Source of the DNA: Candidatus Doudnabacteria bacterium
GTDB lineage: Bacteria > Patescibacteriota > Doudnabacteria > UBA920 > O2-02-FULL-48-8
Assembly (NCBI GenBank): GCA_016182875.1
Contig: JACPFQ010000004.1
Span: 28,637-92,636 of the forward strand
Direction of reading: 5' to 3'
DNA length: 64,000 nt
The translations under genes and the position numbers were made by a program. Below the pieces are notes generated by a model that worked only from the letters and a program-made list of their open reading frames with translations, did not search any database and was not told the DNA's origin. Below, piece by piece: positions 56,671-64,000 of the stretch. Numbering within the stretch: the stretch's first letter is position 1; the number at the start of each line of letters is the position of its first letter.

Positions 56671-57006
56671 TCATTTGTCGCTCCGTTTGAGAATCGAAAC
56701 TATCTCATCAACGCGCAAGGGCAACCGATGGTGAAAGGGCCTTATCGCCTCGGGGAGAGTTCGTGTTGGTCGAAAACTTAAAACCTTCACAAAAATTCCC
56801 AAGACTTTGGCGTTGAGTAGAAAAACTTCCCGCATTCCGCTTTCCATACCATCTGACCATTCCCAGATGATATGAGTAGGCTCTACTTCGACGAGTTTCG
56901 CGAGACACTCTTTGTGGTCGACCACAAAGACTTCAGCGCCAATCTGTCGAAGCGCTTCTTTAAGCGTGTGCCGGTGAGGGAACTTGGCAACAAACATAAT
57001 TTTCAT
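56671..57006 (-). CDS. Receiver-like domain protein (degenerate)
   Basis: Start taken at MKIMFVAKF, overlapping the upstream stop (ATGA). Confidence 0.35.
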   Translation of the reverse strand: MKIMFVAKFPHRHTLKEALRQIGAEVFVVDHKECLAKLVEVEPTHIIWEWSDGMESGMREVFLLNAKVLGIFVKVLSFRPTRTLPEAIRPFHHRLPLRVDEIVSILKRSDK

Positions 57007-57398
57007 TGCTTCCCTTGGAGGATGAGGAACAACTGATTGATTGTCCATTGCCAATCCTTGGCTTCGGAGACCGGAATGCCCATCGAGAGCCATGCTTTCC
57101 AAAGCCACTCGCACGAATGATGTTCGACTCTGGAACAGATCGCCACCGGAACCCCTGTCATCTTCGCCTCAATAGCGATAGAGATGCCGCAGGGCGTGGT
57201 TGCATCAGCACCAGTCTTCTCCGGATAGAAAAGATCAGTGAGGATTGCTTGTACATCCACCGTCTCCCATATCGCCCTCGCTTGTTCATAGGTCTGGGCC
57301 AGAAGCACTTTGTTCCCGCGCTCCTTGAGAATCCGAAGGGCGGAGTCTGCTTCTTCTTGCGTATCTTCGACGAGAAGGACGATTCCTGCCATAACCAC
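57003..57398 (-). CDS. Stand-alone response-regulator receiver domain protein (CheY-like)
   Basis: 131 aa. LLVEDTQEEAD...ILTDLFYPE receiver motifs. Somewhat higher GC. Confidence 0.55.
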   Translation of the reverse strand: MVMAGIVLLVEDTQEEADSALRILKERGNKVLLAQTYEQARAIWETVDVQAILTDLFYPEKTGADATTPCGISIAIEAKMTGVPVAICSRVEHHSCEWLWKAWLSMGIPVSEAKDWQWTINQLFLILQGKQ

Positions 57399-57608
57399 TC
57401 CATGAATGTATTGAGGGTTTATTCCCTCACGCCGGATTGCATTTTTGTTTTACAGTAAATCATATACAAAAAGAGATATTAGGTCAATAATTATGACTAT
57501 TTATATCAAGTAACTAGCGTTTAAACCTTATTTTATTGAGATATTTAGAGGCAATGATAGTAGTCATAAAAATTGACTATTCATTAACCCAGAGATATTA
57601 TACGACAT

Positions 57609-58346
57609 ATGCAGGCGACTGAAGGTCTAAGTTATCTTGGATTAAATGAAAAACAGGCCAAAATTTATATGGCGCTGTTGCAGTTTGGGCAAAGTACGGC
57701 TTACGCTGTTGCCGAAGCCACCAATCTCAAAAGACCGACTGTGTATGTAGTACTAGAGGATTTGCGGATGAAAGGCCTGGTGCGAAAAATCCCGCATGCC
57801 AAAAAGCAATTGTTCTCTGCCAAGGCGCCGGACGAATTTTTGGCTGAAACCCAAGACAAGCTGGATCGGGCGAAAGCCGTATTACCGCAGCTTCTGGCTT
57901 TGACTAAATCAGAACAAAGACCCAAGACTTATCTGTTTGAAGGGATCAAGGGCGTGGAAGAAGCTCTGGCGATGCATTTAAACAGCATGGCGGGAAAAGA
58001 ATTGATTGGCTTTTACGCCCAAGCAGCAGGCATCCCAAAAGAGCTGTTTGCGATATTTGAAAAATATAATCAAAAAATGAAAAATCTGAATATTAAAAGC
58101 CGCGGCATAGTCCCGGATCACCCCAGCCTTAAAATATATCGAAAGCGCGATCAAGAATTTGGGCGAGAGATGAAAATCGTTCCGTTTAGCGTATTTTCTT
58201 CAAACAATGTCGTGGAGATAGGACAAGGTTTTGTAAAAATTATTTCATTCCATGATTTGCACGCGGTAATCATCGAAAATCGAGGAATCGCGCAAACCTT
58301 TAAACAAATTTTCGAGATGGTCTGGAAAAGCACCTTATTCAATTAG
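57609..58346 (+). CDS. TrmB-family transcriptional regulator
   Basis: 245 aa. N-terminal HTH EKQAKIYMALLQFGQSTAYAVAEATNLKRPTVYVVLEDLRMKGLV. Confidence 0.7.
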   Translation: MQATEGLSYLGLNEKQAKIYMALLQFGQSTAYAVAEATNLKRPTVYVVLEDLRMKGLVRKIPHAKKQLFSAKAPDEFLAETQDKLDRAKAVLPQLLALTKSEQRPKTYLFEGIKGVEEALAMHLNSMAGKELIGFYAQAAGIPKELFAIFEKYNQKMKNLNIKSRGIVPDHPSLKIYRKRDQEFGREMKIVPFSVFSSNNVVEIGQGFVKIISFHDLHAVIIENRGIAQTFKQIFEMVWKSTLFN

Positions 58347-58348
58347 AA

Positions 58349-59635
58349 CTACAGCGGTTTGCTGAGGCGATATTTGGATAACTGCAAATTGCCTGGGCCA
58401 CCCAACGAAATAACTTCTTTGATGGCCTTGACCGGGTTTTGAACTTTGAGTTTGTGGATATTCTCTTTAATCTGCTGATAAGCGTCGCGGAAGGGGACAC
58501 CTTTTTTGACGAGCTTGTTGGCCTCGTGCACGGCAAAAAACTCAGGAGCAAGAGACTTCATCAGCACTTCTCTATTAGGTTTCACTCTATTCATCACAAG
58601 TGAAACTATCTCCAGGCTCCGTCTAGCTATACCCAAGCCTTTGATTAACGGCTCTTTGGTCAGCTGGGTGTCGCGGTGGTAGCCGGAAATCAAATTCTTG
58701 GAAATATCCTTGACCTGCGTCTGCAAAGCGACAATAACATTGACGTTGGAGCGAAGAATTTCGAAAACATCGGGATTCTTTTTTTGCGGCATGATTGAGG
58801 AGCCAGTGGTAAATTCGTTCGGCAGAGTGAAATAATTAAATTCAGGCGTGGTAAACCAAATCATTTCGTTGGCCAATCTGCCCAAGGTCATCATGATTTT
58901 AGTCAGCACTCCCAGAATGTAGCTTTCGGTACTGCCTCGGCTGTTTACGGCATACAAAGTATTGATCTGCAAGCGCTTAAACCCGAGCAGACGGGTAGTG
59001 AGGTTGCGGTCAATGTTGATATTGATGCCGAAGCCGGCCGCCGCACCCAGCGGGTTTTGGTCATTGAGCTTGTAGGCCGTTTCCAAAAGCATGTGGTCAT
59101 TGATTAGTTCCTCCAAATAAGCGGCGGCCCAATGGCCAACGCTTGAAGGCATGGCTCGGCGCGTGTGCGTATAGCCCGGCATCGGCACAAACTCATACTT
59201 TTTGGCCATCCGGATGAACATTTCCTGGCATTTGATCAACTCCGCGCTGATTTGCTTGAGCTTTTTGCGGGTATAAAGGCGGGTGGCCACCAAGACTTGG
59301 TCGTTGCGGGAGCGGCAGGTATGAATCTTTTTGCCCAAGGGACCGAGTTTGGCGGTCAAATAATTCTCAATGGCAGTGTGGCAATCTTCGTCAGATTGTT
59401 TGATCACAAATTTGCCCTTGGCATGCAGAGCCAAAATTTCATTCAGCGCGCGCACCAACTTGCGCAGTTCCGTGGGAGTTAAAATCTTGGCTTTGAGCAA
59501 AGCCTGGGCATGCGCCTTGGACGCTTCGATGTCAAAGGGCAAAAGACGCTTATCTAATTCGTAGTCGTTGCCGACTGTGTATTTTTCGACCAGGGGATGA
59601 AGTTTTGACGAACTTGATTGCCAGAGCTTAGCCAT
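58349..59635 (-). CDS. argH: Argininosuccinate lyase
   Basis: 428 aa. Lyase_1 signature GSSIMPQKKNPDVFE. ArgH-like N-terminus. Confidence 0.8.
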   Translation of the reverse strand: MAKLWQSSSSKLHPLVEKYTVGNDYELDKRLLPFDIEASKAHAQALLKAKILTPTELRKLVRALNEILALHAKGKFVIKQSDEDCHTAIENYLTAKLGPLGKKIHTCRSRNDQVLVATRLYTRKKLKQISAELIKCQEMFIRMAKKYEFVPMPGYTHTRRAMPSSVGHWAAAYLEELINDHMLLETAYKLNDQNPLGAAAGFGININIDRNLTTRLLGFKRLQINTLYAVNSRGSTESYILGVLTKIMMTLGRLANEMIWFTTPEFNYFTLPNEFTTGSSIMPQKKNPDVFEILRSNVNVIVALQTQVKDISKNLISGYHRDTQLTKEPLIKGLGIARRSLEIVSLVMNRVKPNREVLMKSLAPEFFAVHEANKLVKKGVPFRDAYQQIKENIHKLKVQNPVKAIKEVISLGGPGNLQLSKYRLSKPL

Positions 59636-59645
59636 ATATTTTTGC

Positions 59646-60620
59646 TTAATGATAGCTTAAAATTTTTTGTCCGTTTACGGTCGCAATGTCAACAAGTTTG
59701 TCGAAGTCATAGAACCGGCAGGCTTCCATGAGCATCCGCAGTTCAGTCCAAAGGTCAGCATCGATGAAAGGTTGATAGAAATCGCAGACATTGTCTACAC
59801 CCAGGCCAACCAGAACTCCGGCCTCAAGCATTTCCGGCACATTGGCAATGGAATTGTGAAGAGGCGCTTGGAAGGAATCAAGCTGGCGCATACTCAGCGC
59901 GGCCGAGGGGCAAACCACGACAGCGATTCCTGCGTCGGCCAATTTTTTATAGAGCTCAGTTCGATACGACTTCTGTTGAGCCGAAACCGAAATAGCGTGA
60001 ATCGCCGCGACGCGCCCTTCGTAGCCGTGTTTTTTGGTGTAGTCCAAAAGTATTCCGGTGTCGCGTTCATTGGGATTGTTTTCCTGATCGATATGCACGT
60101 GCAGAGGCTTATTCAAATTTTTGGCAATCCCAAATAAAATGTCGAGGCTTTCTTTATCGTTTGGGCGGTCCTTGGAAGGAAGCCCGCCGGCGATGTCTGC
60201 TTTAGCGGTAACCGCTTCGTACAAATCCCGGGTAGCCTTATCGGCCAAGCCGCCCAAAGGCTGGGTGATTGTCAGAAGTTTAATTTTGTCTTTATATTCA
60301 TCCTTCACGATATTTGCCGCATCAATGGCGCGATGTTCAACAGCAGAATAAGCATCGACAAAAGTGCAGGTCAGCTTGACACCTTGTACTATCAAAAGAT
60401 CAAGCGCCGTGCGGATTCTGTCCGCAATCTGTTCTTGGCTGGAAGCCTTTTTAATATCATCGCTCATCAGCCATTTCTGCTCCATGTCGACCATGCTTTT
60501 ATCAAGCCCATCTCTGGTAATATAGAAAGCCTTGTCAAAATGGGCGTGGCAATTCACAAAGCCGCCCTTGTCGGCGATGGCTTGGAGCATTTGCGACTTT
60601 AGATCCCAAGGCTGGGTCAT
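59646..60620 (-). CDS. Amidohydrolase-superfamily protein (cytosine-deaminase-like)
   Basis: Start taken at MTQPWDLK (the ORF extends to 60710). NCHAHFD metal-binding motif. Confidence 0.55.
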   Translation of the reverse strand: MTQPWDLKSQMLQAIADKGGFVNCHAHFDKAFYITRDGLDKSMVDMEQKWLMSDDIKKASSQEQIADRIRTALDLLIVQGVKLTCTFVDAYSAVEHRAIDAANIVKDEYKDKIKLLTITQPLGGLADKATRDLYEAVTAKADIAGGLPSKDRPNDKESLDILFGIAKNLNKPLHVHIDQENNPNERDTGILLDYTKKHGYEGRVAAIHAISVSAQQKSYRTELYKKLADAGIAVVVCPSAALSMRQLDSFQAPLHNSIANVPEMLEAGVLVGLGVDNVCDFYQPFIDADLWTELRMLMEACRFYDFDKLVDIATVNGQKILSYH

Positions 60621-60645
60621 AAATTTGGGAAGCCACTCCGACGCT

Positions 60646-60692
60646 GCTTCGCAGGTCGGAGTTCCGACTTCCGCTTTAGCGGAACGTCGGAA
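60646..60692. repeat. Nested TCCGAC hairpin element in 5' leader of amidohydrolase gene
   Basis: CTCCGACGCT...GGTCGGAG TTCCGAC...GTCGGAA. Same architecture as 39332-39426. Confidence 0.5.
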
Positions 60693-60804
60693 TAAAAAAA
60701 CAGCCATCAAGGCCGCTACTTTGGCTGATGGCAGGTGAGTATAATGGTGAGTCGAAAACTATGTCTTTGCATCTAAACTAAGATAGCAGAGTTAATAAGT
60801 ACCG

Positions 60805-61215
60805 TCAATATTTCGTTGGTAGCCTGGAATTTAACCATCGCAGGAGCAGCCCAACGTCATTAACGCCATTCAGATAGTACTTGGCGCTGCTTTGGCTTTT
60901 TCCCACTTTGATTGAGGCGCCGGATTTTAAAACACTAAATACATCTTCATCCGTGGCGTCATCCCCAACGTATATCGGAACAAACTTTTTGCGCAATTTT
61001 GCTTCCAAATATCTTTTTATCATAGTTACAAACTTTCCCTTATCCCAGTCAGCTCTCGGCCTGACCTCAAGGACTTTTTTCCCTCGGATCAGCGCCAGTG
61101 CCTGCTTCGACGCCACTTGTCTTATTGCTTTAAGCGCCTCTCTTTTAAATTCCATCAATTCGCTCTCTTGAAGATTGCGATAATGCAGCGCCAGTGCTAT
61201 TCGCTTATCTTCCAA
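60805..61215 (-). pseudogene. otsB: Trehalose-6-phosphate phosphatase OtsB, C-terminal fragment
   Basis: HAD motif IYVGDDATDEDVF. Matches the C-terminal half of OtsB. Confidence 0.6.
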
Positions 61216-61326
61216 AAGGGCGCCTGGATATTTATGCTGAAGCTTCTTAAGTTCTCTTTTTGCCGATTCTAATGTTTTGAGAGCTTGTTTTGGGATGCTG
61301 ACGGACCTATATTTTTTTTGAACCTG

Positions 61327-61638
61327 TCATTCCATGCCATGATTGCCCGCGTAAATTATATCTTTTAAATTAACTTTATTTTTAATATCAACCAAAGATC
61401 TCCCGCTTACTACCACCACCGGCATTGACCTCGCGGTTTTTTTAAGTTGTTGTTTAATGATTTTGGGTAAAACTGCCTGAGCAGGCGTTGACGCTAATGG
61501 CGACAATGTCCCGTCAAAATCGACCATGAGCAAAGCCTGCCGGCCGCGCAGTTTACTTTCAACTTCCCCCAGGTGGCTAAAAAAATACTTCATGGTTAAC
61601 TCAAACTGGCCAAAGCTTTCAGAAATTCCGCCGCCCAA
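61327..61638 (-). pseudogene. otsB: Trehalose-6-phosphate phosphatase OtsB, N-terminal fragment
   Basis: HAD motif I MVDFDGTL. ORF ends next to an A8/T8 homopolymer. Confidence 0.6.
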
Positions 61639-63815
61639 CGATAAACGTTGTAGTTTTTGACCGATTCACGCATCTTTTTCATTCGCCGGCGCTGTTCGGC
61701 CTGCGGCATGGATAAAGCTTTAGATATTGCTTCAGCTGTTTCTTCGGCGCTGTAAGGATTGATAATCAAAGCCTCCTTAAGCTCACGGGAGGCGCCAGTA
61801 AACTGGCTTAAAATCAACACCCCTGCCTCGTCAGTTCTCGACGCTATGAATTCCTTGGCGACCAGGTTCATGCCGTCACTAAGCGATGTGACCATGCAGA
61901 CATTGGCCGAACGATAGAGCGGATAAATTTCTTCGTGGGTGTGAAGCTTTTTTATCAAAACCACAGGCCTCCAGTTATCGCTTTCAAATTTGCGGTTGAT
62001 TCTTTCTGATTCGCGCTCAACATCTTCGCTGAATTCCTGGTATTTGGCGACTTGCTCGCGGCTGGGGGCGGCAATTTGCAGAAAAGTAAACTGCCGTTTA
62101 TAAGCCGGATGCAGATCAAAAAAGAACTCAATGCCGCGCAGGCGCTCCAAGATCCCCTTGGTATAGTCCAAGCGGTCCACGCCGATTCCCAAGTATTTAG
62201 TTTCGATGCCGAGCTTTTCCATAAGCGGTGATTTCGGAGCGGGAGTCTTGGTTTCGCCGTTGGTGAAGGCGACACTAGTGGGCAAGGGTTTAATATAAGA
62301 TGTGTGTCCTTTGTGAGTAATAGAAAATTTTTCTAAATCGGCCAAGGACTCCACCTCTTTGCCGACTGTTTCCATAAAGTTATTGCAGTATTGTTGGGTA
62401 TGAAATGCCAAAACGTCGGCACCGAGCATCCCTTCCAGAATTTCTTTGCGCCATGGACAGATGCTGAACGCCTCGGCGCTTGGCCAAGGGATGTGCCAGA
62501 AAAAACCGACCTCGGCATCAGGACGGCTTGCTTTAATCATCGCCGGCAATAAGGCAAAATGGTAGTCTTGAACCAGAATCAACGGCCGGTGAACTCTCTT
62601 GATTTCTGCCAAAAGCGATTGAGCAAACTTGCCGTTGACTTTGCGGTATTCTGTCCAATCTTCCTGCCGGAAAATCGGACGGGTATGGGCCAGGTGGCAA
62701 AGCGGCCATAGCGCTTCGTTGCAAAACCCGTTGTAGTAGCCCTTGACTTCCTGCTCACTCAGCCACACGCGCTTCAACGTATATTTAGGCTCGTCCGGCG
62801 GCACGCCGACTTTGTCATCCTTGTCCACCACGAAGCGGTCGGCCTCTCCGCTGCCGTGCGCCAGCCACAGCCCGCCGCAGGCTTCCATGACCGGCTCAAG
62901 AGCCGTGACCATGCCGCTTGCCGGCATTTCGGCCCGAATTTCGTTCTTAATTTTTTTGTGAGCGTAGGGTTCGCGGTTGGAAACCACGTAGATTTTCCGG
63001 TCTTTCAAATAGGCTTTGAAAAACTCCTTCAGCCTTTCTGCAGTCCAGGGCGAGTCGATTTTTTCCAACCGCAATCTGGCCTCTTCGCTGGCGGCAGTCC
63101 TGGCCAAAAGGAGGCTCTGTGACATTTTCCGGATTTCAGCTGCAATCGGGCTAAAAAAACTATGTGCTTTGAAAACGTCGGGATCCCCCTTGGCCAACCC
63201 GGAGCGCGTCTGCCTGATGGCCTCGGCCATACGGATGATCGGCTGATAAATAATCCAGCGGAAAATCAAAATCACGGCCAGGGAAAATAATAAAGACTGG
63301 GTGAGCAGTCTTACTAGATTTCTTTTCCAAGTTTGGCTGATGGCGTCATCGATATAATCGGCGCGTTGGTAAACTGTCACTGCTCCGATGACTTTTTCAT
63401 CTTGATGCAAGGGGGTGGCAAAGACGTAGATTTTACTTTCGCTTAGAAAAGTGAAGTCTCCCTCATTACTGTCGGCGTCCATTGCCTTTTCCGGAATGCT
63501 GGCGCCGGAAGTTAGCTCTTGCGGCAGCTCCGCAGAAGTGGCAAACAAACTGCCCTTGTTGTCAAATACGGCCAGCCCTAACAGCCGCTCGCGGCCCGCA
63601 AATTTGTCGAGCACGTTCTGAAGCCGGGCAGTGTCGTTGCTTAAGTAAGATGGCCGGATTGACTCCTTAAGGCTGTCTGCAAGCAAACCCGTGCGCCGTT
63701 CCAGGTCATCCAACAATGCTGTTCGCTGCTCTTGGACCTGGCGATAAGTAAATCCGAACACCACCAGGCTGACAATGGTTATGACAACACCAATTAAAGA
63801 TAAGAGAGGCTTCAT
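61596..63815 (-). CDS. otsA: Trehalose-6-phosphate synthase (GT20) with long N-terminal TM/sensor-like extension
   Basis: 739 aa. C-terminal ~470 aa is GT20/OtsA-like. N-terminal ~270 aa has a TM segment plus an extra domain. Confidence 0.75.
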   Translation of the reverse strand: MKPLLSLIGVVITIVSLVVFGFTYRQVQEQRTALLDDLERRTGLLADSLKESIRPSYLSNDTARLQNVLDKFAGRERLLGLAVFDNKGSLFATSAELPQELTSGASIPEKAMDADSNEGDFTFLSESKIYVFATPLHQDEKVIGAVTVYQRADYIDDAISQTWKRNLVRLLTQSLLFSLAVILIFRWIIYQPIIRMAEAIRQTRSGLAKGDPDVFKAHSFFSPIAAEIRKMSQSLLLARTAASEEARLRLEKIDSPWTAERLKEFFKAYLKDRKIYVVSNREPYAHKKIKNEIRAEMPASGMVTALEPVMEACGGLWLAHGSGEADRFVVDKDDKVGVPPDEPKYTLKRVWLSEQEVKGYYNGFCNEALWPLCHLAHTRPIFRQEDWTEYRKVNGKFAQSLLAEIKRVHRPLILVQDYHFALLPAMIKASRPDAEVGFFWHIPWPSAEAFSICPWRKEILEGMLGADVLAFHTQQYCNNFMETVGKEVESLADLEKFSITHKGHTSYIKPLPTSVAFTNGETKTPAPKSPLMEKLGIETKYLGIGVDRLDYTKGILERLRGIEFFFDLHPAYKRQFTFLQIAAPSREQVAKYQEFSEDVERESERINRKFESDNWRPVVLIKKLHTHEEIYPLYRSANVCMVTSLSDGMNLVAKEFIASRTDEAGVLILSQFTGASRELKEALIINPYSAEETAEAISKALSMPQAEQRRRMKKMRESVKNYNVYRWAAEFLKALASLS

Positions 63816-63870
63816 AGCATTAGACGAGTAAAGCGCACTAGGTGCGCTATATTTATTATACTAACTCATC

Positions 63871-63983
63871 TGGCGGGCTTGACCTGGGTGACTTCGAGGC
63901 CAAGCTGATTATTGTCCTGCTTCGCCAAAGGCTTCGCAGGACACTGCTTCGTGCTTGCACTGCGTAGTTCGAAGAACGAAGCA
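63871..63983. repeat. 113-bp repeat (copy 2) abutting a truncated tRNA 3' end at the window edge
   Basis: 100% identical to 37348-37460. Followed by TGGTGGACCTAGGGAG, the reverse complement of a tRNA ...CCTAGGTCCACCA 3' end. Confidence 0.7.
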
Positions 63984-64000
63984 GTGGTGGACCTAGGGAG

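Overview
This 64 kb window is a low-GC, gene-dense bacterial chromosome segment. Its repertoire suggests a reduced-genome, CPR/Parcubacteria-like organism: several TrmB-family regulators, TrbC/VirB2-like pilin arrays, a four-helix-bundle protein and a short SMC. Housekeeping genes recognised include rny, sodA, rplS, rluD, the rpsP/KH-protein/trmD cluster, smc-like, rnc, ftsH, lexA, comM, recA, ftsK, rbfA, infB, rnhB, argH and otsA/otsB, plus eight tRNAs. Accessory content stands out against that backbone. (1) A higher-GC operon encodes a B12-binding radical SAM enzyme translationally coupled to two tandem ~25-27 aa peptides; these share a C-terminal PYxxRPxGQQPG motif and are a candidate undescribed RiPP-like system. 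(2) A ~6.9 kb high-GC island carries consensus sigma70 promoters, secreted and membrane proteins, and an embedded low-GC DUF4258/DUF2283 toxin-antitoxin-like pair. (3) Homologous ~140 bp insertions sit at the 3' ends of tRNA-Leu and tRNA-Pro, each bounded by a 20-nt duplication of the tRNA 3' end; a separate 113-bp perfect repeat is fused to two other tRNA 3' ends. (4) A Wzy/O-antigen-ligase-like gene is saturated with ~16 copies of the palindrome GTTTCACGTGAAAC in two reading frames. (5) Five tandem TrbC/VirB2-like pilin paralogs are present, one intergenic promoter segment being bracketed by 20-bp inverted repeats. (6) A single-chain Type IIG-like restriction-modification enzyme and several repeat or hairpin families are also present. 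All calls rest on reading the sequence and ORF translations by eye; no database searches were run.
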